64,000 bases of DNA from a bacterium. Its GTDB lineage: Bacteria; Krumholzibacteriota; Krumholzibacteriia; LZORAL124-64-63. Shown one piece after another: positions 35,805 to 45,111 of the stretch. The notes beneath the pieces are model-generated. The model did not search any database and was not told where the DNA came from. It saw only the letters and a list, made by a program, of their open reading frames with translations. Location: contig JANOEP010000010.1 of the NCBI GenBank assembly GCA_031441465.1, positions 128,001 to 192,000 of the forward strand, read 5' to 3'. Each line of letters begins with the position of its first letter. Position 1 is the first letter of the stretch. The position numbers and the translations under genes are program-made.

Positions 35805-35834
35805 AATCTATCGGTACGGGCCGCCGGGTGTCAA
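35805..35834 (-). promoter_or_regulatory. Putative sigma70-type promoter for accA
   Basis: TTGACA-N18-TAGATT on the minus strand. Confidence 0.55.
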
Positions 35835-35848
35835 GACCGCCGAACCGG

Positions 35849-38800
35849 TCAGGCGCCGGCCGACTGCCGGCGGAAGCCGCCGCCGGGGCGGCGGGAAGCT
35901 CCGGCGGGGACCGAACAGCGGAACACGGTGCCGACCGCGCCGGGCAGGTTGCGCAGGCGGCGCAGCGCGCCCAACGACAGCACGACGCGGTGGCTGCGGG
36001 ACCGCAGCAGCCAGCTCCGCCCCCCCCGCGTGACCTCCACGAGCAGGGGCACCGCCTGGGCGGCCGCGCCCTCCGCACCGGCGTCGTCCCGGGCGGACCG
36101 GACGACGTCGTCGAGGGCGTCCGCGGCGGCTTCGGCGCCGGGCGCGTCGAGGTCCAGGCGCAGCAGGACCTCGTGGGTCCAGGACCGCAGCGCCTCGTCG
36201 ACCGTCACGGCGCGGTCGGCGATCACGATGCGGGTGCCGTCGTCGTTGACCCGCATGCGCCCGCCGACGATCAGGATGCCGTCGCCCTGGATCAGCGGCG
36301 CCGACTTCTCGTAGAGATCGGCGTAGGCGATCAGTTCGATCATGCCGCGGCGGTCTTCGAAGTGGGTGCGGGCGTACAGGCGCTTGTTGCGGTCGCGGGC
36401 CTCGGTGAAGGACGTGACCACGCCGGCCAGATCGACCCACGCGCCTTCGCCCAGGGCCGCCGCGCGCCGCGTGTCGGAGACCGGCAGCGCGTCGATGAAT
36501 TCGCGGTACTCGTGGAAGGGGTGGCCCGACAGGTAGAAACCGACGGCCTGGCGTTCCAGGCTCAGCTCGTCCAGGGGGTCGTGGGGAGCGCAGGACTCCA
36601 GGACGGGTTCGACTTCCGCGCCGGCGGCCGTGCCGAAGAGCGAGGCCTGGCCGCGCGTCCGCTCGCGGGCGACCCGCGACCCGTAATGCAGCGCGCGGTC
36701 GAGGTTGTGGAGCATCTGGCGGCGATGCCCATGGAGGCCGTCCAGCGCGCCGGCGTTGATCAGGCTCTCGACGACCTTGCGGTTGAGCGCGTTGAGGTCG
36801 ACGCGCTCGCAGAAGTCGTAGAGGTCGCGGAAGTCGCGCCCGAGTTCCGCGCGGGCGCGCACGATCTCCTCGATGGCCTTGCTGCCGACGTTCTTCACGG
36901 CGCCCATGCCGAACAGGACCTCGCCCTCGCGCACCCCGAACTCGCAGCTCGGGCTGTTCACGCTGGGCGGCACAATGCGCAGGCCCAGCGACTTGACCTC
37001 GTCGATGAGCTGGGTCACGCGGTCGGACTTGCGCATCTCGGTGCTCATGGTCGCGGCCATGAAGGCGGCCGGGTGGTGCGCCTTGAGCCAGGCCGTCTGG
37101 ACCGACAGCACCGCGTAGCTGGCCGAGTGCGACTTGTTGAAGCCGTACTCGGCGAACTCGGCCATGGTGTCGTAGACGGATTCCGCCAGCGACTGCGGGT
37201 ACTCCCGCGCGCGCGCGCCCTCGACGAACAGCACGCGCATCTGGTCCATCATGTCCTTGTTCTTCTTGCCCATGGCCTTGCGCAGCGTGTCCGCCTGGCC
37301 CATGGAGAAGCCGCCCATGACCGCCGCGATCTGCATCACCTGTTCCTGGTACAGGATGACGCCGTAGGTCTCGCGCAGCACGGGCTCGAGGTCCCGGTGC
37401 GGGAAGACCACCCGCTTGCGACCGTGCTTGCAGTCGACGTAGACCTGGTCCATGTGCGCGTTCAGCGGGCCGGGCCGGAACAGGGCGTTGACGGCGACGA
37501 TGTCCTCGAACGCCTCGGGCTTCATCTTGCGCAGTAGTTCCTGCATGCCCGAGCTTTCCAGCTGGAAGACGCCCACGGTCCGCCCCTGCTGCAGCAGGCG
37601 GTAGGTCTCGGGGTCGTCCATCGGCAGTTCGGCGGGCGTGAGGCGCCGGCCGGTCGTCTGCGCCACGAGACCCAGCGCCTTGTCGATGACCGTCAGGGTG
37701 CGCAGGCCCAGGAAGTCCATCTTCAGCAGGCCCATCTTCTCGACCATGCGCATGTCGAACTGGCTGGTGATGTCGTCCTTCGCGGACTTGTACATCGGGA
37801 TGTGCTCGATCAGCGGCGACGGCGTGATGAGCACGCCGGCGGCGTGGATGCCGGGGTTGCGCGAGAGTCCCTCGAGCACCAGCGCGTTGCGGATGAGCAT
37901 GTCGTGCCGCGGCGACTCCTGCCGCACGGCCTTGAAGCCGGGCACCTCCTCCAGCGACGCCGCCAGTGAGACGCCCGGCCCCTCCGGCACGAGCTTGCTG
38001 AGCCGGTCGGCCTCCGCGAAGCTGAAGCCCAGCACGCGCCCCACGTCCTTCAGCACGCCGCGCGCGGCCATGGTCCCGAAGGTGATGATCTGCGAGACGT
38101 TCTCGCGGCCGTACTTCTCCTCGACGTAGCGGATGATCCGCGGGCGCTTCTCGAAGCAGAAGTCCACGTCGATGTCGGGCATCGAGACGCGTTCGGGGTT
38201 CAGGAAGCGCTCGAAGAGCAGCTGGTTGCGGATCGGGTCGATGTCGGTGATCCCCAGGCAGTAGCAGACGAGGCTGCCTGCGGCCGAGCCGCGGCCCGGC
38301 CCGACCGGGATGTCCATCTCGCGGGCCGCGCGGATGAAGTCCCAGACGATCAGGAAGTAGCCCGCGTAGCCCGTCTCGCGGATCACGCCCAGCTCGTAGG
38401 CGAAGCGCGCCTCCAGTTCGGGCGTGATCGCGGGGTAGCGGCGCGCGAGGCCCTCGCGCGCGAGGTGCACCAGGTAGGCGCACTCGTCGGGGAAACCGGG
38501 CGGCAGCGGGAAGGCGGGCAGCAGAAGTTGGCCCAGTTCAAGCTTCAGGTCGCACATGTCGGCGACCCTCAGCGTGTTCTCGCAGGCCTCGGGCCAGTCC
38601 CGGAAGAGCTGCAGCATCTCCGGTGCGGACTTCAGGTAGATCTGGTCGGTGTCGTAGCGCCAGCGGCCGGGGTCCTCGAACTGGCGGTTGGTGCCGATGC
38701 AGAGCAGGAGGTCGTGGGCCTGCGCGTGGTCGCGCTCGAGGTAGTGGCAGTCGTTGGTGCAGATCAACCCGACGCCGGTCTGGCGCGCCACCTCGGGCAT

Positions 38801-39370
38801 CAGGCGGCGGACGCGCGCCTCGTCCTCGATGCCATGGTCCTGGATCTCCAGGAAGTAGTTGTCGGCGCCCAGAATGTCGCGGTATTCGCCCGCGGCGCGC
38901 GTCGCGCCCGCGACGTCCCCCTGCCGCAGGTAACGGCTCGGCTCGCCCGACAGGCAGGCGCTCAGCGCGACCAGCCCCTCGCGGTGCGCGTCGAGCAACT
39001 GCTTGTCGATGCGCGGCTTGTGGTAGAAGCCGTCGAGGTAGCCGCGCGAGGACAGCTTCATGAGGTTGCGCCAGCCCGTGCGGTCGCGGGCCAGCAGCAC
39101 GGTGTGGTGGGGCCGGCCGCCGGCCTCGGCGCTGCGGTCGCGATGGTCATGGACGACGTAGGCCTCCATGCCCAGGATCGGCTTGATCCCCGCCTTGCCG
39201 CAGGCCAGGTAGAACTCGACGGCGCCGAACAGGTTGCCGTGGTCGGTCAGGGCGACCGCTGGCATGCCGAAGGACGCCGCGCGCTTCGCCAGGGCCTCGG
39301 CCTTCATGGCGCCGTCGAGCAGCGAGTAGTCGGAGTGGTTGTGCAGGTGGACGAATGTCGTCGGTGCCAT
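35849..39370 (-). CDS. dnaE: DNA polymerase III alpha subunit
   Basis: FVHLHNHSDYSLLDG PHP domain, GPGRGSAAGS, PDIDVDF, KMDFLGL, YGFNKSH. ATG 39370 with GAGG upstream. Confidence 0.98.
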   Translation of the reverse strand: MAPTTFVHLHNHSDYSLLDGAMKAEALAKRAASFGMPAVALTDHGNLFGAVEFYLACGKAGIKPILGMEAYVVHDHRDRSAEAGGRPHHTVLLARDRTGWRNLMKLSSRGYLDGFYHKPRIDKQLLDAHREGLVALSACLSGEPSRYLRQGDVAGATRAAGEYRDILGADNYFLEIQDHGIEDEARVRRLMPEVARQTGVGLICTNDCHYLERDHAQAHDLLLCIGTNRQFEDPGRWRYDTDQIYLKSAPEMLQLFRDWPEACENTLRVADMCDLKLELGQLLLPAFPLPPGFPDECAYLVHLAREGLARRYPAITPELEARFAYELGVIRETGYAGYFLIVWDFIRAAREMDIPVGPGRGSAAGSLVCYCLGITDIDPIRNQLLFERFLNPERVSMPDIDVDFCFEKRPRIIRYVEEKYGRENVSQIITFGTMAARGVLKDVGRVLGFSFAEADRLSKLVPEGPGVSLAASLEEVPGFKAVRQESPRHDMLIRNALVLEGLSRNPGIHAAGVLITPSPLIEHIPMYKSAKDDITSQFDMRMVEKMGLLKMDFLGLRTLTVIDKALGLVAQTTGRRLTPAELPMDDPETYRLLQQGRTVGVFQLESSGMQELLRKMKPEAFEDIVAVNALFRPGPLNAHMDQVYVDCKHGRKRVVFPHRDLEPVLRETYGVILYQEQVMQIAAVMGGFSMGQADTLRKAMGKKNKDMMDQMRVLFVEGARAREYPQSLAESVYDTMAEFAEYGFNKSHSASYAVLSVQTAWLKAHHPAAFMAATMSTEMRKSDRVTQLIDEVKSLGLRIVPPSVNSPSCEFGVREGEVLFGMGAVKNVGSKAIEEIVRARAELGRDFRDLYDFCERVDLNALNRKVVESLINAGALDGLHGHRRQMLHNLDRALHYGSRVARERTRGQASLFGTAAGAEVEPVLESCAPHDPLDELSLERQAVGFYLSGHPFHEYREFIDALPVSDTRRAAALGEGAWVDLAGVVTSFTEARDRNKRLYARTHFEDRRGMIELIAYADLYEKSAPLIQGDGILIVGGRMRVNDDGTRIVIADRAVTVDEALRSWTHEVLLRLDLDAPGAEAAADALDDVVRSARDDAGAEGAAAQAVPLLVEVTRGGRSWLLRSRSHRVVLSLGALRRLRNLPGAVGTVFRCSVPAGASRRPGGGFRRQSAGA

Positions 39371-39386
39371 CGGCCTCGGTCCAGGT

Positions 39387-39431
39387 CGCTCAGTTGCCAT
39401 GCGCTCGGTTGCCATGCGCTCGGTTGCGATT
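39387..39431. repeat. Tandem repeat, 3 x 15 bp, upstream of dnaE
   Basis: cgctcagttgccatg / cgctcggttgccatg / cgctcggttgcgatt. Confidence 0.9.
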
Positions 39432-39461
39432 CTTTCGGGGACGCCTCGCGGTCGAACGCCC

Positions 39462-39490
39462 ACCATAGCAGCACCGCCGGGTCGCGTCTA
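39462..39490 (-). promoter_or_regulatory. Putative promoter for dnaE
   Basis: TAGACG-N17-TATGGT with an extended -10 TG. Confidence 0.4.
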
Positions 39491-41319
39491 CCGGGCGGCG
39501 CCGATGCCGGAGGAAGGCCGCAGATCCAGCAGATAGACGCGTTCGACGGCCAGCCCGGCGCGGTCCTGGGCCGCGACCTCGAGGCGGTGGGGTCCCGCCG
39601 GCAGGTCGTCGGGCAGCTCGAGCAGCAGGCGGTCGCGCAGGGGGTCGGGTTCGGGGACGAGCGCCGTGCCGTCCACCGCGACGCTGATCGTCGCGGGGTC
39701 GACGCCGCTGCCGCGGTCGTCCAGCGGCAGCGCGAGGATTTCCCAGCGCGGCGGCGTGACCGCAGGGTCGACGGCGGCCGGGCCGGGTCCGACGATCCCT
39801 TCGGCGGGTCCGGGACCGAGGTAGGGCGGCGTGCGGTCGGCGAACAGGGCGTAGCGCCCCGGCCCCCCGATCTCGACCGTCCAGAGGTCCCCTCGGCGGC
39901 GCGGGTCGCCGACGCGGCCCCAGGTCGCGTCGCCCCGCTGGACATAGAGACCGACCCCGGCCGGCAGCGTATCGGCCAGACTCGCCGCGAGGGGCAGCAC
40001 CACCGGTTCCCGGCGGCACCAGTCGGGGCTGAACACGTCGAGCGTCCAGCCGAGATGGACCAGGCCCTGGGCCCGCCGGGCGCTGCGCGCCTCCGCCGCC
40101 GACAGCCGGCCGGGCACGGCGGCGAAGGGGCCGGCCGCGACGGCGGCTTCGCCCGCCGTGCCGATCGCGCAGAACGGCGTGAGCCGGCTGCCGGGCACGG
40201 CCCCGGGCGTCTCCACGGGCGCGGAGCGCCAGCCCACCGCCGACGAGGCGCCGTCGCCCGCGCCGACCACCGCAAGCAGCCAAGTGACGTCGGCCACGTT
40301 GCCGGCTCGGTCCTCGACGCGCAGGCGCACGACGTGGTCGCCGGGGGTCAGGACCTCGGGATCGCGCGACCACTCCCCGCCCCGGCGACCGGCGAGGCCG
40401 TTGCCGTCGCGGCGCAGCAGCCAGCGCTCGCGGCCCTCCGGCAGCTGGAGCCACTCCAAGCGCATGAAGCTCTGGGTCGTCAGGTCGAAGACGTCGTTGC
40501 GCGCCTCGTGGACCAGCGTGTCGTCCAGGGTCACCGTCAGACGCCAGGGCTCCAGACGGTGGCCGGCGAGGTCGGCCGTCTCGTTGACGCGGGCCGTGAA
40601 GGCGACGGGACCGTCGACCGTCAACGGCGGCAGCGTCCCGCGCAGCGGCGCGCCCGTCTCGTGCAGGCGCGCCCCGGCCGAGCCGGCGACGCGCACGCCC
40701 GGCGCCGCGGGCAAGCAGCGCACGGCCAGGATCGAGGGGGGGATCGTGTCGGGCGGCGCGAAGCCCCAAGCCAGGGGATCCAGGGGCAGGTTGCCGGCGT
40801 CGCGCACCTCGAAGTGCAGGTGCGGCCCCAGCGTGCCGCTCTGGCCGGACAGGGCCAGCACCTCGCCGCGCCGCACGCGGTGGCCGTCCGGCGTCAGCGC
40901 GAGGTCGGCCTCGCTGGCGCCGCGCCGCCGCAGGTCGGCGCGCACCAATTCGCGCCAGGGGTCGGCGAGGCGCTCGAGGTGGGCGTAGACGTAGGTCCGG
41001 CCCGAATCACCGTGCAGGTAGACGACCCAGCCGTAGCCGAAGGGCGCCACGCGCAGCCGACTGATCCAGCCGTCCTCGGCGGCGCGGACCGGCAGCCCGC
41101 AAAGGCCGCCGGTCTTGAGGTCGATCCCGGCGTGAAAACGGCCGAGGCGGTGTTCCATGAAGTTCGAGGTCAGGTAACGGGTCGGCAGGTCCAGGGGCCA
41201 GGCGGGGCCCGCCTCCGCCCCGGCCTGCGCCCGGGCCGGGCCGGGCGGACGCCGCCGACGGCGCAGAGCGCCGCGGCGAGCGCAGCGGCGAACAGTCGAC
41301 GGGCCAGGGGACGGGACAT
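39488..41319 (-). CDS. M23-family metallopeptidase; frameshifted near the 5' end in this sequence
   Basis: HAGID and HLHFE zinc motifs. The frame extends upstream of ATG 41158 (WPLDLPTRYLTSNF). A signal peptide from ATG 41319 (GGAGG RBS) is out of frame across (ccggg)3 at 41231-41245. Confidence 0.85.
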
Positions 41320-41512
41320 CTCCACCTCCGGGTGCGGGCCGGAACGGTAGCAGCGGCCGGCGGCGATGTCCAGCAAACGCCTTTTTCCTGGCCCGTTGGG
41401 ACCAGCCGTGCTAGATTTCCCAGTTCGTGCCAACCTGACGCACCGCCCCGTTCCGCGAGGCCGGACGTCGGGGCGTGCCGCACACCGTCGTTCCGATACC
41501 AGGAGATCCACG

Positions 41513-43318
41513 ATGTTCCAGCTTCTGCGGTCCCGGGCGAAGTTCTTCTACTGGATCATCGCCATCAGCTTCATCCTCTTCACCTTCGTGGTGTGGGGCG
41601 CCCAGTGCAACGACACGAACATGGGCGGCGGCTCCGCGCCGCAGGTGCTGGGTAAGATCAACGGCGAGAAGATTTCCGTCAGCGAGTGGGACGATGCGTA
41701 CCGCGGGTACCTCGCCCAGATGCGCCAGCAGTACGGCGGCGCCGCGCTGACCGCGAACCAGGAAGCCGTCGCCGCGGAGACCGTCTGGCAGTCGATGCTG
41801 CGCTTCAAGCTGGCCAACCTGGAAATCGAGGAGCGCGGTCTCGGTCTGAGCGACAAGGCGCTCGAGGACCTGATCTGGAACGACCCCCCGATGGAGCTGC
41901 GCGCCCAGTTCACCGACAGCACGGGCGTGTTCAACCAGGCGGCCTACCGGCAGGCCCTGGAGGATCCGAACTTCAACCTGGACGGCCTGCGCAACTACCT
42001 GCGCACGGCGATCCCCCAGCAGCGGCTGATGACGGCCCTCGCCGCCGACGCCACCGTCAGCGAGGCGGAGCTGCGCGAGGAATTCACCCGCCAGTCGGGC
42101 CGCGCCGTCGCCGAGTACGTCGGCGTCACGCTGAGCGACCTGACGCTGCCCGTCCCGCCCACCGACGCGGAGATCGCGGCCTACTACGCCGCCCATCCCG
42201 ACGAATTCGAGGAGCCGAAGCGGGTCAACGTCCAGCTCGTGCAACTGCCGATCGCGCCCAGCGAGGCGGACGAGACGGAAGTCCTGACCATGGCCGGCGA
42301 GGTGCGCCAGGAGATCCTCTCCGGGGAGATCGATTTCGCCCGCGCGGCCGCGCTCTACTCCGAAGACGAAGGCTCGAAGGCCAACGGCGGCGACCTGGGC
42401 AACTTCGACCGCGGCCGCATGGTCCCGGAGTTCGCCAACGCCGCCTTCGCCCTGCCCATCGGCGAGATCAGCGCGCCGGTCAAGACCCAGTTCGGCTACC
42501 ACCTGATCGAGGTGCTGGCGCACGTGCGCGACGGCGGCGCGACGGACCAGGTCCACGCGCGCCACATCCTGTTCAAGGTCACGCCCGGCGCCGACACCGC
42601 CGCCGGTCTCTACGAAAAGGCCGAAGCCTTCCGTCAGAACGCCCTCGACAAGGGATTCTCCGCGGCCGCCACCACGGCCGGCCTGTCCGTGCAGACGCCG
42701 CAGCCGTGCCGCGAGGGCCGCGACATCCCCGGCTACCAGAACACCGTGTCGGGCACGCAGTTCGCCTTCTCGTCGAAGCCTGGCGAGGTCAGCCGCGTCC
42801 TGGGCGGGGAGGATTCCTACTACGTGGTCGCGAACGTCGGGATCCTGCCGGCCGGGCCCGCGGCGCTGGCGGATGTCCAGCCGCAGATCGTCGTCAAGGT
42901 CACCCGCGAGAAGAAGCTGATCCTGGCCGATGCGAAGCTCACGCCGGCCGTGGCCGCCCTGAACGGCGGGCGCACCTTCGCCCAGGTCGCCGCCGAGCAC
43001 GGACTCACCCACGCCGTGACCGACACCTTCACCGCCTCGGGCAACGTGATCGGGATCGGCTACAACACGGACTTCAACAAGGCGGCTTTCGCCAACCCGA
43101 TCGGGTCGCTGGTGCCCCGCGTGGACACGAACCGCGGCCTGTACGCCCTGCGCGTGCTGTGGCGCACGGCCTTCGACGAGATGGGCTTCCTGTCACAGCG
43201 CCCCACGCTCGAGCAGAACGTGCTCGGGCGCAAGCAGCAGGAAGTCATCGACGCTTGGTACAAGGAACGGCTGGAGAAGGCCAAGATCGAGGACAACCGG
43301 TCGGCGCTGCTGAACTGA
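41513..43318 (+). CDS. PpiD/SurA-like peptidyl-prolyl isomerase
   Basis: N-terminal TM helix, SurA-N region, parvulin motifs SEDEGSKANGGDLG, MVPEF, PVKTQFGYHLI, ARHILF; AGGAG RBS. Confidence 0.92.
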   Translation: MFQLLRSRAKFFYWIIAISFILFTFVVWGAQCNDTNMGGGSAPQVLGKINGEKISVSEWDDAYRGYLAQMRQQYGGAALTANQEAVAAETVWQSMLRFKLANLEIEERGLGLSDKALEDLIWNDPPMELRAQFTDSTGVFNQAAYRQALEDPNFNLDGLRNYLRTAIPQQRLMTALAADATVSEAELREEFTRQSGRAVAEYVGVTLSDLTLPVPPTDAEIAAYYAAHPDEFEEPKRVNVQLVQLPIAPSEADETEVLTMAGEVRQEILSGEIDFARAAALYSEDEGSKANGGDLGNFDRGRMVPEFANAAFALPIGEISAPVKTQFGYHLIEVLAHVRDGGATDQVHARHILFKVTPGADTAAGLYEKAEAFRQNALDKGFSAAATTAGLSVQTPQPCREGRDIPGYQNTVSGTQFAFSSKPGEVSRVLGGEDSYYVVANVGILPAGPAALADVQPQIVVKVTREKKLILADAKLTPAVAALNGGRTFAQVAAEHGLTHAVTDTFTASGNVIGIGYNTDFNKAAFANPIGSLVPRVDTNRGLYALRVLWRTAFDEMGFLSQRPTLEQNVLGRKQQEVIDAWYKERLEKAKIEDNRSALLN

Positions 43319-43342
43319 CGCCCGCTCCGGAACCGACCACAC

Positions 43343-43383
43343 GAAGGGCCCCGGTCGCCGCTGCCAGGCGACCGGGGCCCTTC
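43343..43383. terminator. Hairpin between convergent genes (probable bidirectional terminator)
   Basis: Perfect 17-bp stem gaagggccccggtcgcc / ggcgaccggggcccttc with a 7-nt loop. Confidence 0.75.
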
Positions 43384-43402
43384 TGCGTGTTCGCGGCAGG
43401 AA

Positions 43403-43834
43403 TCAGCCGTCGTCGAAGGGGTTGCGGGGCTTGCCGCGTTCGAATTTCAGCAGCCCCTCGCCCATCCCCTTGAGCTTCTCCTGCTGCTTGCGGTCGTGGT
43501 CGCCGTCCGCGAACAGGCGGCTCATCCTTTCGGCCTCTTCGCGCTTGCGCTGTTCGAACTCGGCCAGGGCCTCGCTCATGGCGCTCCCCTGCTCCTGGTC
43601 GAGCTGCTCGAGCAGCAGGTGGTCCCTGATCTCCAGGTGGTTCTCGTAGGCGCTGGCCACCAGGTGCAGGATGCCCAGTTCGTGCAGGGCCGACACCTTC
43701 AGGCGCAGAGCCTCCGGCGCCCAGCCCAGCAGCTCGGCGGTCTGCTCCGGTGTCGGCGAGCCGCCGTTGAGGTGGGACAGCACGCGGACGGCCGCCACCA
43801 CCAGATGTCCTTCGTCACGGGTCACATGAGCCAC
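43403..43834 (-). CDS. Hypothetical protein (possible winged HTH plus coiled coil)
   Basis: GTG start after GGGAGG; SPTPEQTAELLGW..EALRLKVSALHELGIL resembles a wHTH; charged helical C-terminus. Confidence 0.7.
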   Translation of the reverse strand: MAHVTRDEGHLVVAAVRVLSHLNGGSPTPEQTAELLGWAPEALRLKVSALHELGILHLVASAYENHLEIRDHLLLEQLDQEQGSAMSEALAEFEQRKREEAERMSRLFADGDHDRKQQEKLKGMGEGLLKFERGKPRNPFDDG

Positions 43835-43934
43835 GGCGTCCTCCCGTCCGTTTGTCCGCCGCCATGATGACGCCGCCACCCGCCCCGCGCAACCCTGTCG
43901 TCGCCTGCGGCCGGGATCCATCGCCGAACCGGGC

Positions 43935-45110
43935 TCAATCAACGAGTCGGGCGCGCAGCCGCGCCGCGCGGTGCTCGTCGCCCAGCTCCTGCGCGTGCGC
44001 CAGCGCCCGGCGGGGGTCGCGCAGCCGGTGTTCGTAGAGGATCGCCGCCTCGAGGTGGGCCCAGGGCGAGGGGCCGTGCCGCTGCGCGCACTCCGCCAGC
44101 AGCGTGCCGACGCGCTCCCAGTCGCGCACCCGCTTGAGGATCCGGACGGCGTCCGCGTAGAAGCGCGGCGGCGCCTCCTGCCGCGCCGCGTCGGGCAGCG
44201 CGGCGACGATCCAGGCCGCGGCGGCGGACCGCGCCTCCAGCGGCGCGTCGGCCCGGCGTTCGCAGAGCCGCGCCAGGGACCAGGCGTCCTGCCAGGGCAG
44301 CGGCCCGGAAGGTGGTCCGGAGAGCGGCGCGTCCAGCAGGCGGGAACGCACGATGGCCGCATCGAGGATCGCGGCCATGCCCTGCAGGTCCCAGAGGTTG
44401 TGCTCGCAGACCTCGCGCAGGGTCCCGGTCTCGCCGTGGCGCACGAAGTTCCACCAGGCGGCCGGGATCAGATGGCCGGGGATGTCGTCCGCACCGCGGT
44501 GGGTGCAGCCGGCCTCGTTCTCGACGGTCGCCTGTCGGCAATCCGGCAGCCGGCGGCCCCAGAGGCGGCGCGCGACCGGCAGGAGATCCAGGCCGGCGAG
44601 ACCGTCCAGCATCCCGCGCCGCCGGCAGAGGATGCCGCGGGTGCGCAGCAGCGGCAGGTCGAAGGTCTGGCCGTTGTAGGTCACCACCACCGCGAAGCGG
44701 GCCGCGAGTTCCGCCAGACTCCCGAGCAGCGCATCCTCGGCCGACGGCGAGGTCAGCAGGTACTGCCGGACGCGCAGCCCGTCCCCGTCCCACCAGGCGG
44801 TCCCCACGAGGAAGGCCAAGGTGCCCGTGCCGCCGGCCAGTCCGGTGGTCTCGGTGTCCAGCAGCAGGATGCCGTCGGCGGGGACGTCCGCCGGGACCGG
44901 CGCGGTCAGGACCCGGGTCAACGGCGCGAGGGAGCGGGGGGACGCGATCCGGACCAGGGCCGAACGCAGGCAGACGGGGCCCGCGGCCGAAGCTACCGTC
45001 ACAAAACCCATCGCCGCCAGGGCCGCCTCGTCGGGCGGGGTCGGGGCGCGGCCGTCGTCGCGGGGCTTGTTCAGGGGCTCGAAGCGGGCCAGACGACTGC
45101 GCAGGTCCAC
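43935..45110 (-). CDS. RNase H-like exonuclease with helical C-terminus (YprB/MrfB-like)
   Basis: LDTETTGL, VTYNGQTFDLP, DDIPG..IP, HNLWDL, AILYEHR; adjacent to a YprA-like helicase. Confidence 0.88.
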   Translation of the reverse strand: MDLRSRLARFEPLNKPRDDGRAPTPPDEAALAAMGFVTVASAAGPVCLRSALVRIASPRSLAPLTRVLTAPVPADVPADGILLLDTETTGLAGGTGTLAFLVGTAWWDGDGLRVRQYLLTSPSAEDALLGSLAELAARFAVVVTYNGQTFDLPLLRTRGILCRRRGMLDGLAGLDLLPVARRLWGRRLPDCRQATVENEAGCTHRGADDIPGHLIPAAWWNFVRHGETGTLREVCEHNLWDLQGMAAILDAAIVRSRLLDAPLSGPPSGPLPWQDAWSLARLCERRADAPLEARSAAAAWIVAALPDAARQEAPPRFYADAVRILKRVRDWERVGTLLAECAQRHGPSPWAHLEAAILYEHRLRDPRRALAHAQELGDEHRAARLRARLVD

Positions 45111-45111
45111 G

